Positions 37,115 through 50,167 of a stretch of 64,000 nt of DNA are shown here, one piece after another. The DNA is from Botryllus schlosseri (Eukaryota). The stretch spans positions 24,244,001 to 24,308,000 of the forward strand of contig CM119372.1 of NCBI GenBank assembly GCA_051294905.1, given 5' to 3'. A program made the position numbers and the translations under genes. Position 1 is the stretch's first letter. The number at the start of each line of letters is the position of its first letter. A model generated the notes under the pieces. The model was not told where the DNA came from. It searched no databases and saw only the letters and a program-made list of their open reading frames with translations.

Positions 37115-38052
37115 TAGGGCCATTTTTATATGACCTTAAAAAAATCAAATATATGACTTTATTTTTTGGAAAATATGACTTTATATGACTTTATGTGAAA
37201 ATCGGGTATTTTTACATGTAACGAACTCATTGAAATGACGAGTAAAGCATTCACAACATAACAGTTGCAGAGAATGCTTGTTGCCGAACTGAGGAACGGG
37301 TCGTTCTTGTTTCAATCCATTTCTTATGCTTGACTGTTGCAAGATCCTGTTCAACAAATAAACGTTTCTCATGCTTCACAATGCAACTGCATACCTGACA
37401 GGACAGTTTCTCTGTAGGGGAGATTTTGAAGTCCTTAAATTCATTTACAATAGCTTTGACTTTCGCTGCATTCGATTCTCTCACTTTTGGCATACTAAAC
37501 CAGATTTTCTCTCTGTGTCTAAGTCTCTTATCTATAAACTTGAAGTGAACTGTATATATACAACTGTTATATTCTTCAGTTTGCTACTAGTTGTACACTT
37601 CAGTATTTGTACATTAGTAGACCATGACTGAGCTTTTTAGCTTGCCTACCCACTGATTGAACTTCAAATGACGTCCCACTTCAGTGCACAGAAGTAAAAC
37701 AAATTTTGTAGTAACATGATGCAATATGTGACCACATAATGCAATGTGTGACCTCATAGGTCTGTGACTGTAATGTTATGCAGGCTAACCTTATAGTTTG
37801 ACTTCGTTCAATCAGAAATTGCCTTACTTAGTGCTTAATCGCTTCACCGCTTAAATTGGCACTTATTATTTAAAGTATACAACAATATGTCTTTATAACT
37901 CAAATATGACCTAGCCAGGAAAATATGACTTTATATGACTTTATAATTTTCTTAATATACCCCATAGGGATGCGGTTTTTACGTTAAAATCGATTGCACG
38001 ACTTACTGATGCATAGAAAAAAATATTACTTTAATGACTTTAAATGGCCCTA
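37115..38052 (-). mobile_element. hAT derivative (TIR TAGGGCCATTT, ATATGAC subterminal repeats) with a CGGBP1/hAT19-like zinc-finger N-terminus
   Basis: TSD GTGATTAC; ORF 37251..37493 MPKV...EFKDF...KLSCQVCSCIV..EKRLFVEQDLATVKH. Confidence 0.85.
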
Positions 38053-38277
38053 GTGATTACTGATTATGTATGCCTGAGAGTTGGAATTCATTTCTTCATG
38101 CAAAGGCTTTGCAACCGTTGATTGGAAATGCAGCAATCCAGTCTGATTTGGTGTTACAATGAGCAAACAATTGCCACGACCAAGCTACTCAGAAGCTCGT
38201 TGCGTTAAACGTAAAATATACACACTTTCTCATTCGTAATCATGCGTTACGTGTATTGATTCTTGTCTGCATTATGT

Positions 38278-38520
38278 TTGGCGACACAGCGTTTTCAGCA
38301 CCAGTAGGTTGCAAGTCCGAGTAAGACCGTGTTCGACTCAAGTGTTGGAGGCGTATCTAGACTCGTTCTCGACATCTGATCCGCGTAACTGGTGTCTTAA
38401 ATAAGTCTAGAAGTGGGTCGTGATACAAATTGGACGCTACGGAATCAAATTAAAGTATATCGGCCTGGTGTAAATGATCATAGCAGTCGAAAAACACCAT
38501 GAATATAGCAAAACACCAAC
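38278..38520 (+). mobile_element. SINE family 1, old degenerate copy
   Basis: Recognisable AGTGTTGGAGG..TCTAG and ATCGGCCTGGTGTAAATGA..GTCGA..AACACCATGAATA blocks. Confidence 0.75.
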
Positions 38521-40208
38521 AGCGACGCACATGTGAGTTGAATCACGCTATCATCAGATGCGATACCTCATAGAAGGTCGCGAACTGAAAAAAGTTGGCA
38601 ATCGCTGTACAGATGATACACAGTTAAACGTTCAACGTATGTGTGAGCGATGCAACAGCATTAGGCATGTATAATTAACTTTTTATTTATCACTCTATGC
38701 TAGAAAATAGCTGCTCAATAAACCCTCAAACATCTTGCAAAATCCAATGAGTTGAGTGTACTTGAATCATGTTTCGTCCATCGAAAATTCGACTCAAGTC
38801 ACCTCCATAAATCGAGTGAATTGACTCGAGTCAAAATGTTCAATGATAATCCGATATGAAGCCTTGTTTCCAACACATACAAGGTGGTGGTGGTAACATG
38901 TTCACTTACAACGAATATCTCGCAGGCTAATTGTTGGTCATGGTCAGTTTGACACATCATTGTCACTAACATACGGCAACGAAATATACCACGTAAACTT
39001 GATTTGTGTCTTGATATTTTAGGAATCCATAAGTCAAGTCAATTATTTGAAAAGGGTCAGGGACTAGGAAAAGGTTGGAACCACTGAATTATACCAAATG
39101 GATTTGTTAGGCTGATACCTAAACTGGGTATTAAGAGTTAAATAGCAGCGTCACCGCAGTTCTTTGCATCGTATTTTTGAGCACTGTAAGTTGCCTAAAT
39201 TGGATTAGCCTTACCCTTTCCCCATGCCTTCACTCTGACCAGTGCCTACTTCTATGCGTATTCCGAGTGTTCGAGGTCTTGCGATGCATATAAACAGTTA
39301 AACACACAGAGAAGGCCCCAATAACAACAACAAAAATATCATGTTTTGGTAAACTATTTTATATGCCAATGTCTAATTATATGTTCCTGCGTGCTTTGAT
39401 AGCGGCAACACATCAATATTGATTGTTATGAAATGCCCCAACCAACCCTCCCGATAACCAAGTTTCAGTAGTAGAACGATAAGGCCCCAACGATATGACA
39501 CCCATATGAAGGTTTGTTGAGATGCCACACCACAGGACACACCACAGGAAAAGGACACACAAGTCACACTTCCTCACCGTCTACGGCGTCTAGATCTTGT
39601 GAATACCCGACACGACGGACTATCATTTCCGTTTACTGACACTTGTTCCGCACAACCTTCAAAGCACAAAGTATTCAGAGTATTGATATCTACTTCTCAC
39701 ACGACTAGTCGTTTTGCAATGTCCGAAGATGTCTTCACGAACACTTGGCCTGGAATAGTAAAAGTAATCAGAAAGAAGTATCCTCGAAGAGGTGAGAACG
39801 TCAGCGTGCCTCTTTTGAAATAAGCAATTATATAATTAATTTCAATGACATGCCGATTCTGAATCGAGTATTTGGCTTCGAGTCAAGTCGAGTCGAGTAT
39901 TCGAGTATCGCTCATTATGACGCGATAACGGTATGAGAGATGTGGTAAATTTGAATATCTACCTTCCGTGCTGTGCCATAATGAATATGTCCCATTTCTA
40001 CATCATATTAAGTATAGTTTGGTATTTTTCCACCATACCTATTTCATGTAACAATACAGTCGGTTGATCGCGGCTCCATAGATATGTCATTTCCACTAAC
40101 GTGCGAAGCTTTGTACTATATATTTCATATTGTGCGGTACGACCAATGAATATTTCACACACATGCAAAATCGTCACTCTCCCTTCAGGCATGGAACACG
40201 ATTTAGGG

Positions 40209-41360
40209 CAGAGGTCTCAAACACGCGGCCCGCGAGGCCATTTCGTGCGGCCCGTGACGGCATTTCGGATTTCGAACTATTCGAAAATATTTACGTGCCA
40301 AATATCTTCTTTTTTAACTTGAGAACTGGAAATTTGCTCTATAACTACTCCAGAAGCTTGAAACTATTCATCAAACTTCACTCTTACATCACTTTCAAAA
40401 GTTACCACGCAGTGGAAGATCAACTATTACGTCGCATTACTTGTTTATGAGGGTAAAACATGGCTCGTTGATGATTTAGAACTGAAAATTGTGATTTGGA
40501 CTTGGGCGCGACCTTTCTTAAAATTACTCGAATTTGAACTGACTGGGTGGTAAAATAAAAATGACTTTAGTTGAGTCTTAGCTTGTGTTGCGCATAGCTT
40601 ACTTAGATATCTAAGCAGGTCGGTACAGAAACCATTGGCGGTATGTTGCCCTTTTGATGTAATGCTACACCCTGTGTCATCTTGGGTATCTTATCCTTGC
40701 TATTATGGTCAATTAAATGTAGTGAGTGTAAAGTAGTCGTAGCGTACGCTTCACAGCTGTAACACCAATGATTTCTCCGGCAATTGGACATTTCTATTGC
40801 TATGGCACAGTAACCATTATATTCAAGTTGTGATAGATCTGTTCCAATTTTCGAAGTTTAATCTAACGCTGATTCAATTTCACTTTGGTAAGGACTTGAT
40901 CAATAGCCTAGTTATCCGGAGTATGCCTGAAACCCGGATTAGGCTGTATTGCTCCAATGCTCTGTTATCAGATCAATCTTTGTAAAATTATAAAATATTC
41001 TACCTATTATTGTGACAAGGCAAATGTCCGCTATTATAACGCTGCAGCTTTTACGATGTCCTGATGCATTTGTACTCTCGCATGGTGCCTACAACTGAAT
41101 ATACAGCAACTATGCCAAGTACAGCAAAAATTTTATTCAAATATTTTAAAATGTGATAGTTTCCGTGACAGGCATGAATTCGTGAATTCACAATAGTAAT
41201 TCACATTTTCACGATGCGTCTGGAATGTCAGTTTGCAAGGACACGTCAAATAAGGCTACTTGGAAATACATTGAATTACCCTATTATTGGTGCTGCGGCC
41301 CGCGACGTCATCAAAAAGTAGGAAATTGGCCCGCGAGCACATTTGAGTCTGAGACCCCTG
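40209..41360 (+). mobile_element. Same family as 26623..27937; post-duplication insertion in the pseudogene
   Basis: TSD ATTTAGGG; empty site at ~15549 in the intact gene. Confidence 0.92.
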
Positions 41361-44279
41361 ATTTAGGGTAATGTCGAAATTACGAAATTTGCCACCGTAA
41401 ATATTATATTTCCAAAAATTGCTGAAATTTCAATTGGCTCCATTTCGGCTCTGCTAGTTGTAATTGACCCGAAGGTGGCCTGCAGCGTTTTTTAGGCAAC
41501 TAACGATTTAATCAGAGAATTACAAAAATCCGAAACAAAAAGTTATTTTTAACAATCCAAATGTACAATTGCACATGTGTACATACCGTTGGCAATTTTT
41601 TTATTTCAGCCAAAATATCTTCGTTATTCCATACTTCTTTCAGAAATCTGTCACAATTCGCGAGACTGAATATGATGGTGTCGTTTATGATAATTGGTTG
41701 TGACGAATTGGACGAATGTTCCATAAAAAATTCTGGCAGATTCCCGTGTCCTCTGAAAGTTCGACTAATAATATCTGTATGGAAATCAATAGACCGAATA
41801 AAATGTCAGCCTTCTTGGTAAATACGTGTTATAATCATAACATGTTGCGATAGCATAGTGTCGTGGTGCATGAGAATGTTTAGGTTATGGGAAGAACATA
41901 GTTATGCATGCATAACTTGTTGAAATATTCAATCATATAATATAGCGTTCAGGTAGGACTTCAGACTACTCGCACTTTCTGCAATACCAAGATGTGGTCA
42001 ATAACGAAGTACTTTTATTGTTTAGGAGAACTAAAGCAAGCTTTTGTCGTCTTTGATTTCTTGCTCACCTATTTATGATCCTATATTATTTCCATTTTTA
42101 GTTAACAATTTCCAAATCTATTTACTTCTCGAACTTTTGATTCTTATAAAGAAAGTAGTTTTATGGTATGTTTGTATCACCTTCATGCATAAAATTGCAC
42201 ATGTATCACTGTAAATGAATTAATTTTTGTATATCGCACCTACTGTTAGTGCTATTAGCCAGCCATGCTGCGTTATTCGGTAAGATCGACAACTTTTCAG
42301 ACTGTCATTCTCTCCCATCACTTGAATTAGTTTTGACATGTCTTGTAAATCGCTTATTTTCACTTGTACTTGAGAAACAATGTTAACTAATTTGACAACA
42401 ATAACTAAGTCGACATTGTAGGTAAATTCATCTATATCAGTGGTTCTCAATCTTTTTGTGTTCGCGGACCCCCTCTCGACCGCCACAGACCCCCACGGAC
42501 CGCTACGTTTTAGTTCTAATTTAGTTCAATTTTCGTGCAAACGTCATCTGTCCTGTGTAAATATCAACTGTAGGCTGTTAATGAACAGCAACAATATGAA
42601 TTTTATTGAATATAACATCATATTACTGAGTGGAAGTTAGGAAGACGTTTAGTATTTCAAATTGAATTCTGTAGCTGCATTTCTTGATATAGGCGGCGGT
42701 GATGGCGAATGTAGTAATAACGCGTAACGATTATGACTATACGCCTTTGGGTATGATCGCAGCAAATTTGAGAAACAGGTGTTTAATGAACATATAACGT
42801 TCCGCCTAATCATTTCTATCCGGCAACTCATCTTGAAGTTTTTTCTAGAATAGCGGTTTATCTCAGCTAGAAAATGGATTTTTACAATCATTTTTTCCAA
42901 AACGTCAACTTGAACTTCAAAAATTTAATCATTCTGCATATGAATTCAAGCCAATAAACAGAGTAAAACGATTTGGTCACCCTGGAGAACTATCTAGTAG
43001 TTTCAGTACCTCAACTCCAGGTTTCATCAATTTAATATATGTCTTAAATTTTCACCACTGAGTAGATACGGTATCGAGTCTCCGTGTTCATAAAGAGTCA
43101 AGTCCAGCCTCATAACCGTTATCGCAAGCTTACGCGAGCCGTAGAGTTACTCGAAAAGTCAATTCATTCGGACTAGTGGATGTTATATCTCAAAAATGAG
43201 GTGTTGCTTAAGATTATTACGTCTTAGATATTGACATATGTGATCAGTAATGAAGTAGCCTACATCTTTCAAGTAAATTTCGGCTACTGGCAATACTTCT
43301 TCAAGTGGTTATGTTTTAGATTACTTCTGCTTGACAGTTCTCAGTTACCTAGGCCAAACTAGGCCTAGAACGCACTTATTTGCTTACTTGGAAATCACTA
43401 TACATCTACTTCAGTCACAACGGTAACTAATGTCACCCTTTCTAGACATCGACATCGTCAGATCTGTCGTTCTGTTAGTTATGATCACGATTCTGAATAT
43501 CCGCGGAACATTGTATTCATATAAAAGTGATTTGGTATTTTACTGGAGTTGTTTTTATGAAGTGTTCAAGTCAATTGGCCTATCGCAGGCTGTATTAAAT
43601 AGTATCACGGGCCGCTCTTTCAGTATCCCAGACGCGGATCGAACAAGTTCGAGACCTCAGTATTTTTATTTCGACTGCACATTTTTTTAAAGTTCTGTAC
43701 CCACTAATATCATCAATTTTCCTAGGATGAACAAATTATCATCATTTATCTACATATTTTTAGCAAATAGCAATATGTATTTGCATATGTATCTTAATCT
43801 ATCACTCTCTGTATATTTTCACACATACGCACACAACGGTATGGAATTTCGATAAGAAACCATTACATACTTAACACGGTTTTTTTCCGAGAAAAGCTGT
43901 TGGAAGGTCTTTGCAAATCTTTTACCGAGCCCGATCATTTCGCGGTATTCCAGATCTGTCGAATCTTCCTTTTGGCTGGGATGATACCAATTGCGCCACT
44001 GGCCGTTCTCCTAGGAAAATCACATCAACATTTTACAAATATTTATTCAGATTTAGAAATATAACATCATGTATCACAGTGTCAATTTCAAGCTGGTGTT
44101 TCCAAAACTCTGACTCTAATCCGATTTAAAATGTAATATAGGATATGAAGGAGTTACGCAACCAAATTAAGCGCTTTTTAGAGATGAAATACTGATCAAT
44201 GATACTTTCTTCATTTTATATCTATCAATAATTCTCTACAAATTCTATATCATCAATTCTCTACTAGTTGTTGAAGATT

Positions 44280-44313
44280 ACCCCTGACGAGTGTCAGCCG
44301 AAAATATTCGAAT
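44280..44313 (+). ncRNA. Mutated hammerhead copy in a solo pLTR (~44250..44375), duplication paralog of 21663
   Basis: Core intact, 3' stem I strand gggt changed to gaat. Confidence 0.6.
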
Positions 44314-44513
44314 TCATTCCAGTATGAGTATACCATTCAATTGTATATTGAAATGCTGTACAACCAAGCAGCTTGTCATTAATTTATTACGTAGAACTTT
44401 GAAAATCAGGAAGAGAAGTTTTTCGGTAATATTCGGAGCAAGATGTTTTTTGAGAAAATAAGATTGATCAGAAATTTACCAAATGCCATTCTTGATTCCG
44501 GAATTGTTATGTG

Positions 44514-45300
44514 GCGTGACTGTATACCGGTGTACCTACTAGTACAGAACTTCAATATTGCAGCAAACAACACGTTCATATTGTCAAATTCATCCCACTC
44601 GAAGTTTTTGGACTGACTCTCACCAGGAGCGAACGTCATGAAATGCGGTTAATCAAATTCGAAATATATAAAGAATTATGCCGTTGTGACGTAATAATGA
44701 CAAGTACAGAGATTCGTGAATGACACGGTTACGGTATAACAGACACAAATTCGGCTGTAAAATAGCCGAACGACAACACAAATGAAATAATCCCATGGTA
44801 TACATATGCTCCTTCTGGCGGCAGAGGATCCGCTTTTGCGGCTTATTGTAACGGTAGATCCGAGGACTTTTAACTGAATAAGAGAACAACCACGAGCAAC
44901 CATATGGAAAACTGATTACTACTGTATTGTTTCGCACACTGGAGGTGTTTTAAAATGTGTTGTCCGGTGGCAGAATTACAAGTTGTTATTGGATCACGCA
45001 TGGTATTTGAGACTGTGATGTCGGTGAATTCTTTGTTGCAAACGCTGAGACGTGCGACCCATGATACTGACTGTCGCATCGGGACATGCATTGGTAAAAT
45101 ATGTTAATCTGGTCGTTCCGAGGTAGCGCATTCTCTCGCGTTGCGGGTATAGTGAAGATTTCGTAGCAAATATGACACGGGTTCCACTTGTGGCAAACAA
45201 TGACTCACGGAGGACTAAATTTATTTTTCAAACCTATTACAAACTGTGCCAATCCACGGCAGATGCAAATAAGGTGCAGGGAACGCCTCGGTACAAACGG
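44514..45300 (-). mobile_element. Second, older Penelope-like fragment (GIY-YIG remnant plus pLTR-like 3' end)
   Basis: Frameshifted pieces MGRTSQRLQQRIHRH, SATGQHILKHLQCAKQYSSNQFS, ILCRQKEHMY; 3' end shares ATATTGAAGTTCTGTAC with the first pLTR family; boundaries approximate. Confidence 0.78.
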
Positions 45301-45329
45301 CTTTTCCTTATGAAAATCATGCATTTGAC

Positions 45330-46228
45330 CAGGGACGGGCAACCCGTGGCCCGCGGGCGCATGCGGCCCTCGAGAAAGATTTGAGTGGCCCGCGAGGTAA
45401 TTTTCGAAATACCTTATATTATCAAAAAAAATAATTACCGAGGTAATTTATTATGAACTTGCAAAGCCAACCCAAAATTTGATTAACCTGGCCGTGAAAT
45501 TCGGGATATTGATAGTATAATATCAGTCCCGACGCATTAGCGTAGCCAGGGGTCCGCCACATTTTCGAAGATCTTCGTATATGACCATAATATTTCGCGG
45601 TCCGCCACATTTTCGAAGATCTTCGTATATGACCATAATATTTCGCGGCAGATTTATTTGATTTTCAATGTGTTTTAGAATTTCACGCGATTAATTGTCA
45701 CTCGATTTCTTGCTTTTAGTATTGGTATACTTTCCAGAGCTGAGTCTAACAAGAATCGCAATTATGAAAGAACGTGTCGTTAAACATGCGACTTATCGAG
45801 TGCGCACGTGCACTTGTAGAAAGATCGTCGGCGATGAAACCGTGACACAAAATGATAGGCGCATGTTAGCCGAAACCTTCGATATTGATATGTCTAAGCG
45901 CCTAATAATCCTGTCCTTGCCAAATCAGCACAGCGGTATACCATGGCATACCGGAATATACGCAAGCAACAATAATATTGACAGAATTCATTTACTATCT
46001 TTGCGAAATTTTCGTTCTTCGCGCGGCTAGGACAATTATGCACGAGGAGTTTTCATGACATAATTGTTAGCGATTTTGATTCGTAGTAAGACAAGACTTG
46101 TTGTCACCGTTACCTAATCCGATTCGCTGCTATTGGACGACCAGTAAAATGTCATTAACATTCAAGCGGCCGCGCAATGGCTCGTAAATCTCAAGTGGCC
46201 CTTTAGCCGAAAAGATTGGCCACCTCTG
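45330..46228 (+). mobile_element. Charlie-like MITE; an inverted partial copy lies at ~23471..23890; contains a perfect 48-bp tandem duplication (45551..45648)
   Basis: GGCCCGCG subterminal motifs; ~350-bp similarity to the reverse complement of 23530..23880; no clear TSD. Confidence 0.7.
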
Positions 46229-46499
46229 CTCTAAGTAATGTGTTCTCAAATTTAATATATAACCAGGAAACATTTTTGGCCGCAGCCATTTGCTTCAGAA
46301 AGCCTCCGTAATGGTACTACCGCTAAAAGATAATTCTAATTATCTCCATTGCACGCCAGGTGCACAAATAAATTTCTATTGTGTCGAGGGTAGGGTTTTC
46401 ACGTAAATGGCCTCATTATACAACTTAAAAAAACAATCAATTCTGTTCTTTTTAAAAGACAATGTTTAAAAAAATAACTGTTTAAAATATGTTTCTAAC

Positions 46500-47880
46500 C
46501 AGTGGTTCTCAACCTTTTTCGACATGCGCCCCCTTGGCGATGGTCAAAAAATTTGCGCCCCCTGCACTTATCGTAATGTCAAAAAGAGCACATAATATAG
46601 TAGTATATTAGCATAGTAGCATAGTATACATATGGTATATCTTACGCCAAGTTTGAATCCGCATCCCGGGTGTTGAGTCTTTTACATTTCAGACAAATTT
46701 CCCCGAAACTTGTTTGAAAATAACGAAAAAAAACATTGAATAGGACATCAATTTATTTCAAGGTAGATTTCACTGATACTAATCCTAATGCTGGTAATGA
46801 ATAAAGAGAGCACGGCATCGTTCTGTCCTGCCATGCAAAAATTGATGAGTTTTGGAATTGAATTAATTTGTGTTGATCTGTATATAGGGTAGCCTAATTG
46901 AGGGCGAAACCCGGCAACCTACATTGTCTTAGGCCAGGGGCGGGCAACTTCTCCAGTCAACGGGCCGGATGTAGGAAAATTAGGTACTTGGCGGGCCGGA
47001 TTGCTGAATCGATACATTATTCGCCTATTGATACACATATACAAGGAATAAATCGTATTTATTGAATGTATTCTAACGGCAGCAACGTAACTTCAAAACC
47101 ATTTTTCGCCGAAAATGACGAAGACAATGGGGATTTGAGAATAGCATTGTCATACCTGGTGCCGCCATGTCTGCTTCTCTGTGATCAAAACACACGGTTC
47201 AAACTCTAATTAAGATTCCAAGGCGTTCTATAAGCCCGGTACTCCAAATTTACCAAGATATCAGTTCATTAGGATTAATATATGGTAAAAGCAGATAATG
47301 CATGCAAGTCTTCTCGCTCCGACGAACTTGTGCGTAAGCTGTACTCCCGCATGCTGCGCAAACACGTATATAATAACGTACAGTCACTAAAATTTGACGT
47401 TTAAGCAAGTAGTGGGGAATTTCGGCAGACTGGGGCCATGGGCCACATTATCATGTAAGACGGGAAACAGTACGCGGCCGCGGGCCGGACAAAATCCTGT
47501 CTCGAAAACCTATGTCGCCCGTCCCTGTTTAGGCAGTGCAGTTCGCCAGCTATTAACATCAGTTAAACAGCGCACCGAGCTTTAGGCTACTGCCAAAGCT
47601 ATGAAGAAATGAATTAATTATACGTGAAAATTGCTCTAAATTTTCAAAGAATATCAAAAATTTGTTCAAATGAAGTTGAAATCAGCCTATACTGCGTTGA
47701 GCGCGACTGCTGGAGGTTGTATTCGGCAAGCTTTCTTGAATACGAAATAAGTTTCTTCTTCAATAATCGTCTTTTCAGAATGGTTGTAAGACACATGGTT
47801 CGTCACAATTTATACAGACTTTGTCAATTTCTCGCGCACCCCTTGAGAGACTCCCGCGTCCCCCAGGTTGAGAACCCCCG
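46500..47880. mobile_element. Charlie-like MITE (CAGTGGTTCTCAACCT..AGGTTGAGAACCCCCG) with nested element 46935..47527
   Basis: TIR-like ends; TSDs degenerate. Confidence 0.65.
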
Positions 47881-48884
47881 TTTTAAATGAAGTGTTTTAA
47901 AATACCATTTGTGTTAAATACAATCCGAGTCGTGGATTGCGCGTGTAAGCTCCTTAACCCGTTACATCATTCTTGTGGATTGAGCATTAGGGTTGTTCAA
48001 AAATATATTTTTTCCAATTTCACACGCTTAATGATAATATACTCAGTTTGCCTAAAAAATAACGCTATACACCAAATTTCAGTCAGTTCCGACCAGTAAA
48101 GGCGGTACAATCTTGAATTGAAATTTCGGCTATTTTTGAATTTGTATTATTTACGGTGGCAAATTCCGACACTTCGGTATGACCAAACATCTTGTTCCAG
48201 GCATGTCTGAAGTGGGAATTATGCTTTTTTCGCGCGTTTACATCTTGATAAAGTGCTGTGATAGAGTTTCGATTATGAAATTGCAAATAAATGAAAAATG
48301 AATATGACACTGATAGTTGGAACTATGTTAAGAAAGATACAACAGAACACAGCATACAGCAGAACAGAAAAGACGACAATGTAACGTGCAACAGAAGCAA
48401 TCACAGGAAAACAATGATTGCCTGATTACAGATCACCACATTCGTCAACAAAGATTTCGATTAGATATGTGAACTAATCGATCACTTTGACTAGCACCGC
48501 GGATTTTTTTCGAATGTAATCGATTGCGATTATGATTACTTGAAAATGTTGTTATCGTCGTAATCGATTACTATTATATATCCCGTTTTCTCCATGTCTG
48601 TGTCCCAACACAACAGTCACAATTCGACGACTGATCTCGCCTAATTGCCTGCAGTCAATGATGGCCAAAACTATCTTGTTACCAATCATATGTCCTCCGG
48701 CGAACCTCTAAGACTGACTCAGCTAATCCCTGGGGTAAGTTTGAGCTCCCGCTATAAGTACACAAGTTTAGGAAACATAGAATTTACAACTAGCAACTTT
48801 GGGATAGCGATATTGTACACATTCACTAAGCACAACGTCGCGTAGGCTGCACCATTCTCGAAAATATTGAATGATGATTATACG

Positions 48885-50167
48885 TAGAGCCCGACCGATA
48901 TTGGATTTCTGAGCCGATACCGATAAGACCGATATCCAGTACCTCCACGGATAACCCCGATATATTCAGCCGATATTGAAAAGATATGGAATCTAGCTCA
49001 AGGCCCATGTTTAACACCTCATAGCATTTATTACAACAACTTTACAGCCATTGATATGCGTGAACATAAAATAAATGATCTAGGGGCTATAAAAATATAT
49101 CAAAAGCACCAATCCAGCAGTTGCAGATTACAGTTCATGAAGCACAATTTCTCGGCCCTTTCTCCATGGAGTGAACTTCCGTGGTCTTCCATAAATGATG
49201 TATATAGTACTAAACACAGTGAGCAGTCTTTCACTAGGTAACATAATTATTGGCACAGCAAGAATTGGAAATCTTTCATCATTTCGGTTCCACCACTCCC
49301 TTGCAGGGGATCTTTCCTTCGATTGTTTCACCAAATATTGATATTATTATTGACATTCTTTTGGCAGTGCACTTGGAGCCTTCAGCACATCGGTAAAAAT
49401 AGCTGAATAGAATGTGCTAACAACTCAAATTGTCCACGTCTGCAACTGCTCCACACATCTCCCTTGGGCATTGAGTTGACCATGACCAGCATTTCAACAA
49501 TCAATTGATCAATATTTTACGTTTTTTTGTCAAAATTGACCAATGTCATCATGAAATCAAAAATTTTCGTATCAATTATTGACTTTACTCCACGTTTGCT
49601 TGATTTTCTTCCCCTCTATGCTCGCATATTTCCTATCATGGTGGCCTCGCAGGCCTCAGTCCAGACGACTTCATACATCACTGGTATAATTAGCTCTGTT
49701 GGTACCGAACCAATAGCACTATCTTCAGAGAAATGTTTCGACGCGACTCCTTTCTCTATCATCACGAGGGTCAGTCCAGCACGATTGAAGTTTTCATTTC
49801 TCTTACTGATTGAAATCTTCTGCAGACAACTATCCATCCAGCTGCTCTCTGGCTTTGGTGATCGATTACTACAGGGGGATTCCCACGAAGTCAGTGGGGC
49901 ATAACGGTGGTTCGTTATCTATAATATTTTTCAGATTGGCACGCCTACTGCCCTGTATGCAATATGCACTATATGCAGCTTGGCCATTTATTTTTATAAT
50001 TTACCGTCCTGACGTCTTCTATCGACTTCTCTGACTCCCTGCCACCATGTTGTGACGTCACGAAAATGGCCGATATTTTTTTACGTTCAATGGCCGATAC
50101 CGATATTTCTCTCCAAGCGTGATATCGACTCGATATTATCGGCGAGCCGATAATCGGTCGGGCTCTA
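48885..50167 (-). mobile_element. Second copy of the 18119..19375 hAT derivative
   Basis: TSD ATTATACG; WWNRNDERFPILA..PSERL remnant of the hAT dimerisation domain. Confidence 0.92.

Larger units (their letters stand above)
36832..38607. mobile_element. Old Charlie-like MITE hosting 37115..38052 and a degenerate SINE
   Basis: CAGTGCTTTCCAACC..GGGTCGCGACCC and GGTCGCGAACTGAAAAAAGTTGGCAATCGCTG ends; TSD not convincing. Confidence 0.6.
29675..44010 (-). pseudogene. Duplicated MINPP1-like pseudogene: exon 3 copy 43871..44010, exon 4 copy 41587..41774, exon 5 copy 39578..39749, exon 7 copy 29675..29789; exons 1, 2, 6 and 8 not found
   Basis: The exon copies keep splice sites and flanking intron homology. 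Exon 4 copy has an early TAG and +1/-1 frameshifts, exon 5 copy has TGA near 39697 plus indels, and exon 7 copy has TGC->TGA at 29681..29679. Exon 3 copy is still open. Confidence 0.9.

Noticed and set aside
23536..46030. Similar ORFs at 23536..23817 (-) and 45695..46030 (+)
   Set aside because: Similarity comes from two copies of one non-coding MITE; no protein motif
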